A stretch of DNA of 64,000 bases, from NCBI GenBank assembly GCA_904378095.1, contig CAJFHE010000001.1, positions 12,018 through 76,017 of the forward strand, given 5' to 3'. A program made the translations under genes and the position numbers. Source of the stretch: an uncultured Clostridia bacterium (GTDB taxonomy: Bacteria; Bacillota; Clostridia; TANB77; CAG-508). The notes beneath the pieces are model-generated. The model searched no databases. It saw only the letters and a list, made by a program, of their open reading frames with translations, and had not been told where the DNA came from. Below, in pieces: positions 54,917 to 64,000 of the stretch (its first letter is position 1; every line of letters starts with the position of its first letter).

Positions 54917-55390
54917 ATGAAAAACTTTTCTAGTTGGTTAATAGCAATTTTTGCTTTTATGTTTTGGGCATTCAGGTTAGTAGGAACTGCATTAAATTCA
55001 GTAGGTATTGATTTTATGTTTGTACCTTCAAATATGACTATGGAGATAGTATTATTATTCATAACATTTATTTGTATATGTTTTATGGTAAAAAGAAAAT
55101 TGTTGGCTGCAGTAATTTATTTAGTGTGTCATTTTGCATACTATGGTCCAACATTTATAGAGCATTTTATGGGAATAATAAATCAGACATTACCTATGGA
55201 AATGTATATGACTACATTATTTGAAATGTTTGCATTAGTATTGGCTATTGCAGCTGTATTTGATGTTCTATTAGATAAAAACAGAAAAGCACATCCAACT
55301 GACAAGAAAACTGACTGGTTTTATACAAACAAAGATTATGATAGAAAACTAGATGAGAGAGCTGACAAGAATAATTATAGAACGCTATAA
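54917..55390 (+). CDS. four-TM membrane protein, function unknown
   Basis: 157-aa ORF with an AGGAGGAAG RBS. Confidence 0.5.
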   Translation: MKNFSSWLIAIFAFMFWAFRLVGTALNSVGIDFMFVPSNMTMEIVLLFITFICICFMVKRKLLAAVIYLVCHFAYYGPTFIEHFMGIINQTLPMEMYMTTLFEMFALVLAIAAVFDVLLDKNRKAHPTDKKTDWFYTNKDYDRKLDERADKNNYRTL

Positions 55391-55435
55391 TTTGAAATAT
55401 ATTTTAACTTAATTAGTGAAATACTGGGGACAGAC

Positions 55436-55458
55436 TTACATCTGTCCCTGAATTTCAC
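55436..55458. repeat. GGGGACAGA-N6-TCTGTCCC hairpin (GAC-hairpin family)
   Basis: Read directly, 3' of the membrane-protein gene. Confidence 0.85.
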
Positions 55459-55511
55459 AAGGCGAGAAAATTATTACATATTTTAGTTTAAAATAGTAAA
55501 GGAGGTAAAGA

Positions 55512-55817
55512 ATGGCCAAGGATTTGATGATTAGAAGTAGTAGTGCTGAATTCTTAATTTTTGAAAGACAAACTCATAATAAAGGAATACAAGTTAGATT
55601 TGAAAATGGCGATTTATGGTTGACTCAAAAAGCAATGGCAGAACTGTATAACTGTTCACCTGATAATATAGGATTACACTTAAAAAATATTTATAATGAT
55701 TTAGAACTTGATAGAAATTCAACTACCGAGGATTTCTCGGTAGTTCAAAACGAAGGAACAAGAGAAGTTACTAGAAAATTAAAATATTGTATAAATCGGA
55801 TTTTGATTTATTGTTAG
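55512..55817 (+). pseudogene. RhuM-family protein, 3'-truncated (N-terminal ~90 aa only)
   Basis: IQVRFENGDLWLTQKAMAELY......I..HLKNIY...EL matches the RhuM N-terminus. It ends abruptly (..RKLKY then CINRILIYC*), where full-length members continue for more than 200 aa. Confidence 0.55.
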
Positions 55818-55854
55818 AGAAAGTGGAAAAAGAAAAAGGAAAAGGATAAAAAAT

Positions 55855-56448
55855 ATGGATTGTGTATTTTGCAATATTGATAATAGTAAAGTTGAAAATA
55901 CAATTATTGACGAAAGTGATAATTTTTTTGTATTACCTACTATAGGTTCTTTGGTTAATGGGTACTTACTTATAGTTAGTAAAAGACATATAAATTCTAT
56001 GGCTGAGTTAATGGAAAATGAAAGAATAGAATATGAATTTTTAATAAAAAAATATAGAAATTTATTTAGAAATAATTATAATAAATTTCCGATTATTTTT
56101 GAACATGGTTGTCCTGTTGTAGATAGTGACATGAAAGCGAACAGTATAGTACATGCTCATACTCATATTGTTAATCACAAATTAATAGATGAAAATGCAA
56201 TTATTAAAAGATTAAATTTTAATAGAATTGATAATCTAAGTTATATATCGAAAGAAAAAAATTATATAATGTATATAAATCCTGAGAATATTTGCTATCT
56301 AACAAATCAGTTTGAACCAGTAAGTCAAATGATGAGAAAAATAATAGCAAAAGACTTAGGTTATGAAACTAAATTTGATTGGAAAAAAGAAATGTTTATA
56401 GAAAATATTAATTCTACTATAAAGAAATTTAAGAAAGGAAGTGATTAA
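55855..56448 (+). CDS. HIT-family (histidine triad) nucleotide hydrolase/transferase-like protein
   Basis: C.FC N-terminus and HAHTHIV histidine triad. The stop lies 2 nt before the rbgA start. Confidence 0.65.
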   Translation: MDCVFCNIDNSKVENTIIDESDNFFVLPTIGSLVNGYLLIVSKRHINSMAELMENERIEYEFLIKKYRNLFRNNYNKFPIIFEHGCPVVDSDMKANSIVHAHTHIVNHKLIDENAIIKRLNFNRIDNLSYISKEKNYIMYINPENICYLTNQFEPVSQMMRKIIAKDLGYETKFDWKKEMFIENINSTIKKFKKGSD

Positions 56449-56450
56449 TA

Positions 56451-57353
56451 ATGGCAGATCAACAAAATTCGATAAACATAAACTGGTATCCTGGACACAT
56501 GGCAAAAACCAAGAGGCAAATTCAAGAAGATTTAAAATTAATTGATGTTGTGGTTGAAATATTAGATGCTAGAATACCAATGTCTAGTAGAAACCCAGAT
56601 ATTGAAGAATTAATAAAAAATAAAGATAGACTTATTGTACTTAATAAATATGATTTGGCAGATGAAAAGCAAAATCAAAAATGGATACAGTATTTTAAAA
56701 ATAATGGATTGCAAGCAGTATTGGTTAATTCTAATACAGGAGAGGGCATTAATCAAGCGGTTAAAAAAATAGAAGAAATATATGAAGCGACGCAAGAAAA
56801 ATTTGAAAATAAAGGTAGAGTTGGAAAAGCAATTCGAGTTATGATATTAGGCATACCAAATGTCGGCAAATCATCTTTCATTAATCGTTTGACGAAAAAG
56901 AATTCTACTGTAGTAGGAAACAAGCCAGGTGTTACAAGGCAAAAACAATGGATACGAATTAATGGAAACATAGAATTGCTAGACACACCAGGTGTGTTAT
57001 GGCCAAAGTTTGAAAGCGAAGAAGTTGCTTTAAATTTAGCATTTACAGGAACAATAAAAGATGATATTTTGCCAACAATAGAAATTGGTTTTAGTTTACT
57101 AAAAGTATTAGTATATAAACATTTAGAGCTATTAACAGAAAGATATAAATTAGATAAAAGAGATGTCGAAAATATTTTAAATTTAGAAGATTTAGAAGAG
57201 AATGAAAGAATACTTGAAATAATGCATTTGATTGGCAAAAAAAGAGGAGCACTAATTTCAGGTGGCAACATTGATGAAGAAAAGACAGCAAAGATAATAT
57301 TAGAAGATTTTAGAAGCGGAAAAATAGGAAGAATTACATTGGAAGAAGTTTGA
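56451..57353 (+). CDS. rbgA: ribosome biogenesis GTPase A (YlqF/RbgA)
   Basis: INWYPGHMAKT, circularly permuted G-motifs (NKYDL ... GIPNVGKSS ... DTPG). Confidence 0.9.
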   Translation: MADQQNSININWYPGHMAKTKRQIQEDLKLIDVVVEILDARIPMSSRNPDIEELIKNKDRLIVLNKYDLADEKQNQKWIQYFKNNGLQAVLVNSNTGEGINQAVKKIEEIYEATQEKFENKGRVGKAIRVMILGIPNVGKSSFINRLTKKNSTVVGNKPGVTRQKQWIRINGNIELLDTPGVLWPKFESEEVALNLAFTGTIKDDILPTIEIGFSLLKVLVYKHLELLTERYKLDKRDVENILNLEDLEENERILEIMHLIGKKRGALISGGNIDEEKTAKIILEDFRSGKIGRITLEEV

Positions 57354-57402
57354 TAATAAGAAGAGTTGCATCCAAAATTACGAAACTAAAAAGGAGAAAT
57401 AG

Positions 57403-57801
57403 ATGGAATTTATAGATAGAGAAAAGAGTATAGAAGAAATAAATACATTATCACCTCTTACATGGGCATATGTAGGAGATGCAGTTTATGAATTGTATAT
57501 TAGAATGCATCTGGTGAATAATACAAAATTAAAACCACATAAGTTACATATTGAGGCTATAAAATATGTTAAAGCTAAAGCACAAGCAGGCATTCTAAAA
57601 AACATAGAAAATAGCTTAACAGAAAAAGAGCAGGAAATAGTAAAAAGAGGGAGAAATGCAGAAAATCACCATCTTCCTAAGAATGCGACTGTTCAAGATT
57701 ATATGTATTCAACAGGATTTGAAGCACTAATAGGGTACTTATATCTAACAAAACAGGATGATAGACTAAAAGAAATTACGGAGATGTGTATTAAAGCGTA
57801 A
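57403..57801 (+). CDS. mrnC: mini-ribonuclease III
   Basis: L.WAYVGDAVYELYIR signature, about 130 aa. Confidence 0.85.
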   Translation: MEFIDREKSIEEINTLSPLTWAYVGDAVYELYIRMHLVNNTKLKPHKLHIEAIKYVKAKAQAGILKNIENSLTEKEQEIVKRGRNAENHHLPKNATVQDYMYSTGFEALIGYLYLTKQDDRLKEITEMCIKA

Positions 57802-57819
57802 ACAATATAAAAAATAATA

Positions 57820-57857
57820 AAAGATGTATTTCTTATAATAAGAAGTACATCTTTTTA
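57820..57857. terminator. bidirectional terminator between mrnC and tRNA-Glu
   Basis: AAAGATGTATTTCTT/AAGAAGTACATCTTT stem plus a T-run. Confidence 0.65.
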
Positions 57858-57859
57858 GT

Positions 57860-57934
57860 TGGTGACCCCTACGGGAATCGAACCCATGATTCAGCCTTGA
57901 GAGGGCTGCGTCTTAACCGCTTGACCAAGGGGCC
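57860..57934 (-). tRNA. tRNA-Glu (anticodon CUC)
   Basis: The reverse complement GGCCCCTTGGTCAAGCGGTTAAGAC...CAGCC-CTCTCAA-GGCTG...GGGTTCGATTCCC...GGGGTCACCA folds as a cloverleaf. Confidence 0.85.
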
Positions 57935-58009
57935 ATAAACTTAACATATATAAATATAACATAAAACTATGCCAGTAGTCAAGAGGAAAAAGAAAAAATG
58001 TGCAATAGA

Positions 58010-58771
58010 TTAATCCTGTGTTTCGGCACACATAGAGCTTCGTACTCTATCTTTTAAATCTATTATAGCATCTTTTTTTCCAAGTAATTTATTTGGATAT
58101 ATAGGTTTTTGTATAACTAATGTTATTGTAGTTCTGGTTTTTATTAAGTTACTTATTTTTTTAGGTTTGTTAAATTTTATAACCATTGGCACGACTGGTA
58201 CATTATTTCTTACAGCAAAATCAAATGCTCCGTTTTTAAAGTGCCTTATTTTTTCATAGTGAGGCCACAATGAGCCTTCAGGATAGAAGTGCACAGTTTT
58301 ATTGTTTCGTAAAAGCTCATCTATTGAGTCCATAAATGCCTTTGTATATTTTATGTTTTTAGGAATAGGTACAGCATTCAAAAGCTTTATTATTCTACGC
58401 ACAACAGGAATTTTAAAGTTGGTTTCTAATGATGTGTAGAATGTTTTTTGTGGAGCATTTGCAAGACCAACCATGGTACAGTCCAAAGGATGAACATGGT
58501 TTGACACTGTAACTTTTCCAGAAGTAATACCTTCTAAATTTTCTCTACCTTCTATTTTAAATCCATAAAAGAATTTAGTAATAAAAATCAAAATAGGATA
58601 TGCTATCATATAAAGTAAATTAGAAAAGGTATTAAATAGAAAGTTATCATTTACAAAATTAAAATTTTCATCAATTTCGAACTTACATGGCTGCCAAAAA
58701 TGTAATATGTGAGAATCTTCAGGAAGATTTTTTTCTTCTTCTTTATTTATATTCTTTAATTGCATCTTCAA
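58010..58771 (-). CDS. lysophospholipid/glycerolipid acyltransferase (PlsC/LPLAT family)
   Basis: NHVHPLD (HX4D) and YPEGS motifs. Overlaps the upstream GT4 gene by 29 nt. Confidence 0.75.
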   Translation of the reverse strand: MKMQLKNINKEEEKNLPEDSHILHFWQPCKFEIDENFNFVNDNFLFNTFSNLLYMIAYPILIFITKFFYGFKIEGRENLEGITSGKVTVSNHVHPLDCTMVGLANAPQKTFYTSLETNFKIPVVRRIIKLLNAVPIPKNIKYTKAFMDSIDELLRNNKTVHFYPEGSLWPHYEKIRHFKNGAFDFAVRNNVPVVPMVIKFNKPKKISNLIKTRTTITLVIQKPIYPNKLLGKKDAIIDLKDRVRSSMCAETQD

Positions 58772-59873
58772 ACATCTCCTCCATTTTCTTTATACTATCT
58801 TTTAACCTATACTTTTCAGCACTTTGAGAATATTTTAATTCCATTTCTTTTCTGTAATCTTCATTTTCTATCCAAAAATCTATTTTATTTGCTAAGTCTG
58901 TACTATTTCCTGCTTCAAATAAACTTTCTTTTACTAATGCAAATTGCTTTGTTGCAGAATTTGGACTATTAGCAATAATTGGAACATTTCCACATGCAAA
59001 AGCTTCAATACAAGAAATAGCCTCAATTTCAGCGTCTGCGCTATGCACATATAAATCTGTTGATTTTAACAAATCAATTAAATCATCTGTATTATAAAAT
59101 TTCATAACAGGAGGATTAATTAATTTTTCTCCTAATTTTTTGTATTTGGCTTCTTTAGGACCTTTTCCTGCTAATACAAGCTGGATTTTATCAGCATGTT
59201 TTGATTTAGAAATTGCATCAATCAATACATCTTGTCTTTTTTCATTAGAGTATCTACCAATCATTGTAATAACAAATTTATCTTTAAATTCTGGTAATTT
59301 CTCTTTACCATAGTACTTAAATTCATCATCTACTCCATTAGATATTACATGTAGTTTTGCTGTATATCCATGCTCTTTTAATTCATTAGCAATAAACTCG
59401 CTTGGACAATGTATATGCGAAAAATGATTAAAAAATGAATCTCTATAATGTGTGTATATAAAATCATTTACTTTTGTATTAGTTCCAAGACCAATAGAAT
59501 ATGTAATATTTTCAGGCTGTACATGAAATGCAGCAGTATGTGGAATATGTAATTTTTCACATATTTTAAGTCCTGCTTTAGATATAAAAAATGGCATATA
59601 AAAATGAACAATATCTACACTAGAAATTGCTTTTTCCAAAACTTCGGTATTAGGAATTGCAAAACTCATTCCCTGAGATTTTACTATGTGTGAAATTCCA
59701 GGTGGCAAAGGAAGCTCTTTTAAATTAAATTTATACTCATCTTTTTTATCGCCAGTACTTACTACATATACTTCATTTCCAGCAGATTGCAAACCTTTTG
59801 TAAATCTTCTTGCAGAAATAGTAGTACCATTATTAGAATTATCAAATTGGTCTATTACAATTAAAATTTTCAT
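58743..59873 (-). CDS. GT-B glycosyltransferase, family 4-like (glycolipid synthase-like)
   Basis: MKILIV.DQF....NGT N-terminus and E...C.EAFACG C-terminal motif. Confidence 0.75.
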   Translation of the reverse strand: MKILIVIDQFDNSNNGTTISARRFTKGLQSAGNEVYVVSTGDKKDEYKFNLKELPLPPGISHIVKSQGMSFAIPNTEVLEKAISSVDIVHFYMPFFISKAGLKICEKLHIPHTAAFHVQPENITYSIGLGTNTKVNDFIYTHYRDSFFNHFSHIHCPSEFIANELKEHGYTAKLHVISNGVDDEFKYYGKEKLPEFKDKFVITMIGRYSNEKRQDVLIDAISKSKHADKIQLVLAGKGPKEAKYKKLGEKLINPPVMKFYNTDDLIDLLKSTDLYVHSADAEIEAISCIEAFACGNVPIIANSPNSATKQFALVKESLFEAGNSTDLANKIDFWIENEDYRKEMELKYSQSAEKYRLKDSIKKMEEMFEDAIKEYK

Positions 59874-60056
59874 AGCTAATTTTTTTACTCCTTTACTACA
59901 AAATTATACATTATATAGCAAAAAAATACAAGTGTTATAAAATAGCAATTGCTATTACAGAGCAACAATGAATATTTTAAATACTTATTGATAAATCTGC
60001 TAAAATATGGTATATTTTCTAAAGAATGTATAAATAATAACAATGGGTGAAGAAAT

Positions 60057-60899
60057 ATGTGGGCTTTAGTAACAGGTGCCTCTTCTGGCATAGGAAGAGA
60101 TATGGCAAGATATTTATATAATTTAGGATATAGTTTGATTCTAGTAGCAAGAAATAAAGATGGACTAGATGCTGTAAAAAGCGAGTTAGAAGAAAATTCA
60201 AATTTGGATAAAAAAGAGAAAATATCGGATAAAAATAATGATGAAATTCAAAAAATAAAGAGTAAAGAAATTTCTAAAAAACAACAAATATTAGTAATTT
60301 CAAAAGATTTAAGTAAAAAAGAAGAATGTATGAATTTATATGAAGAAACTAAGCACATCTCTTTAGATTTACTAGTAAACAATGCAGGTTTTGGAGTGTT
60401 TGGAGAATTTATAGAAACAGATATAGATAAAGAAATTAGTTTGATAAATACAAACATAACCGCAGTTCATATATTAACTAAGTTATATTTGAAAGATATG
60501 ATAAAGAAAAACAGTGGGCATATATTAAATGTGGCATCTATTGCAGGAATGGAGCCAGGACCATTGATGGCAGCATATTATGCTTCAAAATCTTATGTTA
60601 TAAGACTTTCTAGAGCAATAAATAAAGAGATAAAAAAGAAAAAATCAAATGTGAAAATAAGTATTCTTTGCCCAGGACCTGTGGATACAAACTTTAATAA
60701 TGTGGCAAAAGTTGTATTTAAAGCGCCAAGTATGCCTAGCGAAAAAGTAGCAAAATACGGAATTGACAAAACACTTAAAGGAAAACTTATAATAATACCG
60801 GGAGTATTAAATAAAAGTGTTAGATTCTTTTCTAAAATAGTACCAGATTGTATTTTAGAGGAATGTGCTTATCACATTCAAAGAAGAAAAAAGATTTAA
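60057..60899 (+). CDS. short-chain dehydrogenase/reductase (SDR)
   Basis: TGASSGIG, NNAG and YYASK motifs, with a K/E-rich insertion after beta-2. Confidence 0.8.
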   Translation: MWALVTGASSGIGRDMARYLYNLGYSLILVARNKDGLDAVKSELEENSNLDKKEKISDKNNDEIQKIKSKEISKKQQILVISKDLSKKEECMNLYEETKHISLDLLVNNAGFGVFGEFIETDIDKEISLINTNITAVHILTKLYLKDMIKKNSGHILNVASIAGMEPGPLMAAYYASKSYVIRLSRAINKEIKKKKSNVKISILCPGPVDTNFNNVAKVVFKAPSMPSEKVAKYGIDKTLKGKLIIIPGVLNKSVRFFSKIVPDCILEECAYHIQRRKKI

Positions 60900-60912
60900 G
60901 AGGAGAAAATTA

Positions 60913-62118
60913 GTGAAAAAAAATTTTACAAAAATTGTACTATATATTGCGAGATTCTGTATGAGTATAATATATTTCTTTATTAAGTTATTTACAAGAC
61001 AAAAGAACAAAATAACAATGCTCAGTAGACAGTCAGACAATATAAATATAGATTTTAGTTTGTTAAGAGAAGAATTAGAAAGTCTAGCGAAGAATGAATG
61101 TGATTTTAAAGAAAAAGAAAAAACGATAAATACAAGTTCTGGCAATAATAATTCTGACAATAATAGAAACTTAGAAATTAAAATTTTGTGCAGAAGGATT
61201 CCAAAAGGATTATGTGGAAAAATAAAATACTGTTTCTATATTATTAAATGTATGTATCATATTTCTACATCAAAGATATGCATAATAGATGGATACAATA
61301 TATCAATAAGTGCTCTTAAGCATAAGAAAAACCTCGAGATTATTCAAATATGGCATGCAGCAGGAGCTATTAAAAAATTTGGATATCAAGTGCTAGATAA
61401 GAAAGAGGGAAGAAGTAGTACTGTAGCTAAAATAATGAGAATGCATGCTAACTATACATGTGTTACATGTACTAGTGAAGAAACTAGAAAAATATATTCC
61501 GAGGCATTTAATACAGATATAGAAAAAGTAAAAGTCCTAGGAATGCCACGTATAGACTATATTTTAGGGAAAAACAATGAAATAAATAAAAATATAGAAG
61601 AAATATATAAAGAATATCCAAAATTAAAAGAAAAAAAGACAATTCTATATGTGCCAACATTTAGAAAAGATAAAGAAATAGATATAAATAGAATTATAAA
61701 TGCAGTAAATGCCAAAAAATACAACTTGATAATTCGATTACATCCTTTGGACAAAACAAAAATAGAAGAAGAATATATTGTAGATAAAAAATATAGTACA
61801 TCTGATTTGATAAAATTGGCGGATTACGTAATAACTGATTATTCAGCAATTGCATTTGAAACTGCAACCTTAAACAAACCACTTTTTTTCTATGTGTATG
61901 ATATTAAAAAGTACGCGGATAATAGAGGATTAAATATAAACTTAATGAAAGAGATGAATTCTTCTACCAAAGAAAATATTGAAGATATAATAGAGATTAT
62001 AGAAAATAATACTTATGATTATAAATCATTAGAGCAATTTAAAAATAAATACGTACAAACAGCAGATACTAACAATACTGAAAGAATTGTAAAATATATT
62101 ATGACTGCATTAGCATAA
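60913..62118 (+). CDS. CDP-glycerol glycerophosphotransferase (TagB/TagF family)
   Basis: QIWHAAGAIKKFG, YVPTFR and TDYS motifs. GTG start after GAGGAGAA. Confidence 0.75.
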   Translation: MKKNFTKIVLYIARFCMSIIYFFIKLFTRQKNKITMLSRQSDNINIDFSLLREELESLAKNECDFKEKEKTINTSSGNNNSDNNRNLEIKILCRRIPKGLCGKIKYCFYIIKCMYHISTSKICIIDGYNISISALKHKKNLEIIQIWHAAGAIKKFGYQVLDKKEGRSSTVAKIMRMHANYTCVTCTSEETRKIYSEAFNTDIEKVKVLGMPRIDYILGKNNEINKNIEEIYKEYPKLKEKKTILYVPTFRKDKEIDINRIINAVNAKKYNLIIRLHPLDKTKIEEEYIVDKKYSTSDLIKLADYVITDYSAIAFETATLNKPLFFYVYDIKKYADNRGLNINLMKEMNSSTKENIEDIIEIIENNTYDYKSLEQFKNKYVQTADTNNTERIVKYIMTALA

Positions 62119-62187
62119 AAAAAGGTTGAAAAAGATTGATATTTGTTATAGAATAAGAAAAAGTTGAAGTTTTTAGGAGAAGGGCTA

Positions 62188-63453
62188 ATGAAAAAAATAA
62201 GAGCAGTAGCAACAAGAATTGCAGAAAAGAGTGTTTTTTTTAGAAATATACTAAGAAAAACTCTAAACATATTACGAAAAATAAAATATAAATTAAATAC
62301 TCTAGGAGTAAAAGTAGATGATAATATAATAATATTTTGCTCGTTTAATGGCAAATCATATTCATGTAGTCCAAAGGCAATATATAATTTTATGTTAAAT
62401 AATGACGAATATGCAAACTTCAAATTTGTTTGGGCATTTGATAAAAAAGACAAATACGATTTTTTAAAAGAAAACAAAAATACATTAGTTGTAAAGATAA
62501 ATTCTAAAGAATATCAAAAATATCTTGCAACAGCCAAATATTGGATTTTTAATTATAAAATACCAGATTATTTATATCCTAAAAAAAATCAAGTATTTAT
62601 GCAATGTTGGCATGGCACACCACTTAAAAGATTGGGATGCGATTTAATTCATTTTGACAATGTATTAAATACAATGAAAGGAATGAAGAAAAGATATAAA
62701 ATAGAAGCATTAAAATTTACCTATTTTTTATCACCATCAAAGTTCGCTTCTGAGAAGTTTATATCAGCATGGAATTTAAAGGAAATAGGTAAAGAAAATA
62801 TAATAGTTGAAAAAGGTTATCCAAGAAATGACTTTTTATTCAACTATACAGAAGAAGATGTAAAAAACATAAAGAAAAAATTAGGAATTGAGCAAGATAC
62901 TAGAAAAATTATTCTTTATGCTCCAACATATCGCTCGAATCAGCATGAAGCGGGAGTTGGCTATACATATAAAGAAGAAGTGGATTTTGAAAGTTTAAAA
63001 GAAAAATTTGGCGACAAATATATTATCTTGTTTAGAGCACATTATTTTATAGCAAATGCATTCGATTTTGAAAAATATAAAAATTTTGTATATGATGTGT
63101 CTAAAATAGATGATATAAACGAATTATATATTATAGCAGATTTACTAATAACAGATTATTCTAGTGTATTTTTTGATTATGCTAATTTAAAAAGACCTAT
63201 GATTTTCTATATGTATGATTTGGAGCACTATAGGGACAAGTCAAATGGCTTTTATATAGACTTATCAGAATTACCAGGAGCAATAACCGAAACTCAGCAA
63301 GAGCTAGAAAATGAAATACAGAATATAGACAAAAATTTTAAGTATGACGAAAAATACAAAAGATTTAATGAAAAATACAACTATTTGGATGATGGACATG
63401 CAGCAGATAGAGTAGTAGAGGAGTGTATTAAGTTTGATAGAAAAGAGCAATAA
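62188..63453 (+). CDS. CDP-glycerol glycerophosphotransferase (TagF family)
   Basis: QCWHGTPLKRLG, YAPTYR and TDYSSVFFD motifs. The ATG follows AGGAGAAGG. Confidence 0.8.
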   Translation: MKKIRAVATRIAEKSVFFRNILRKTLNILRKIKYKLNTLGVKVDDNIIIFCSFNGKSYSCSPKAIYNFMLNNDEYANFKFVWAFDKKDKYDFLKENKNTLVVKINSKEYQKYLATAKYWIFNYKIPDYLYPKKNQVFMQCWHGTPLKRLGCDLIHFDNVLNTMKGMKKRYKIEALKFTYFLSPSKFASEKFISAWNLKEIGKENIIVEKGYPRNDFLFNYTEEDVKNIKKKLGIEQDTRKIILYAPTYRSNQHEAGVGYTYKEEVDFESLKEKFGDKYIILFRAHYFIANAFDFEKYKNFVYDVSKIDDINELYIIADLLITDYSSVFFDYANLKRPMIFYMYDLEHYRDKSNGFYIDLSELPGAITETQQELENEIQNIDKNFKYDEKYKRFNEKYNYLDDGHAADRVVEECIKFDRKEQ

Positions 63454-64000
63454 AAAAGTAAGTATAATAATACCAGTGTACAATGTGGAAGATTATATAG
63501 AAAGATGCTTAAATTCATTGGTTTTACAAACTTTAGAAGATATTGAAATAATAGTAATAAATGATGGAAGTACAGATAATAGTCAGGAAATAATTGAAAA
63601 GTTTGCAAAAAAATATCCAGATAAAATAAAAGCATTTGAAATAGAAAATGGAGGAGCAGCACAAGCAAGAAATATCGGATTAGATAAAGCAACAGGAGAA
63701 TATGTGGGCTTTGTGGATAGCGATGATTATGTGGCAAAAGACATGTTTGAGCAGCTTTATAATAAAGCAATAGAAGATAATGCAGATATAGTTAATTGTG
63801 CTTATTATAGAGAAAATGAAAACAGATGCATAGAAAAAGAAACTGAAATAAATGATAATTTTGGAAAAAGTGTTTTAGAAGAACCAGACATAATGGTAGA
63901 TAGTGTACCATACATTTGGAATAAAATTTTTAAAAGAGACTTAATAGAAAAAAATAATATAAGGTTTCAGAAATTAAGAATATACGAAGATTTAGTATTT
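63434..64000 (+). CDS. family-2 glycosyltransferase, 3'-partial (runs off the window)
   Basis: Open frame from TTG 63434. VSIIIPVYNVEDYIERCL, INDGSTD and VDSDD motifs. Absent from the ORF track because there is no stop codon in the window. Confidence 0.8.
   Translation, partial: MIEKSNKKVSIIIPVYNVEDYIERCLNSLVLQTLEDIEIIVINDGSTDNSQEIIEKFAKKYPDKIKAFEIENGGAAQARNIGLDKATGEYVGFVDSDDYVAKDMFEQLYNKAIEDNADIVNCAYYRENENRCIEKETEINDNFGKSVLEEPDIMVDSVPYIWNKIFKRDLIEKNNIRFQKLRIYEDLVF

Noticed and set aside
60180-60330. K/E-rich insertion in the SDR (and a similar extra segment near the Asd C-terminus) as something functional
   Set aside because: Lysine-rich low-complexity insertions are common in very AT-rich genomes. 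The catalytic motifs are intact and nothing else marks these as special.

Overview
AT-rich chromosomal segment, roughly 30% G+C by eye, from a spore-forming Clostridia-like Firmicute (spoVAC-spoVAD-spoVAE, pro-sigma-K, remA, ireB and mini-RNase III are present). I call about 60 protein genes and 2 tRNAs. I found no rRNA, CRISPR array, transposase, integrase or reverse transcriptase. The backbone is housekeeping: rpmB, tcdA, ruvA, rarA, recG, asd, rsmE, remA, rpoZ, gmk, priA, def, fmt, a cmk-plsC fusion, typA, trmL, a U32 peptidase, sigK, ppaC, ireB, ruvX, rbgA, mrnC and a teichoic-acid-type glycopolymer cluster at the right end. Unusual content: (1) Two paralogous loci (about 5900-6740 and 45715-46951) share a promoter with phased ATTACA boxes and a short leader ORF carrying a long dinucleotide microsatellite, (CA)11 or (AG)12. 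The second locus ends in an FGE-sulfatase/C-type-lectin-fold ORF whose last ~126 nt form a G+C-rich, adenine-poor run of NNC codons. This looks like the variable region of a diversity-generating retroelement (DGR), but no template repeat or reverse transcriptase lies in the window. (2) A 31-nt palindromic element, CTTGTTTTTGGGGACGGAGGAAAAAAACAAG, occurs six times; five copies are identical. One copy recodes the spoVAD C-terminus, and two inverted copies bracket a membrane-protein gene. (3) A related family of GGGGACAGA...TCTGTCCC hairpins and GGGACAG half-sites appears only in intergenic DNA. (4) Two DUF4143 AAA+ ATPase paralogs are each preceded by three TGTGAT boxes spaced exactly 32 bp apart. 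(5) A sortase / LPXTG-cohesin / dockerin-bearing GH73 autolysin / membrane-anchored cohesin cluster. (6) A three-gene cluster: a small membrane protein, a pseudo-receiver + 2x AT-hook + degenerate ParA/MinD-like protein, and a degenerate GGDEF protein. (7) A G+C-rich GH13 gene that looks horizontally acquired. (8) Single-nucleotide frameshifts in priA (inside Walker A) and in a DUF368 membrane gene. All calls come from reading the sequence and ORF translations by eye, with no database searches.
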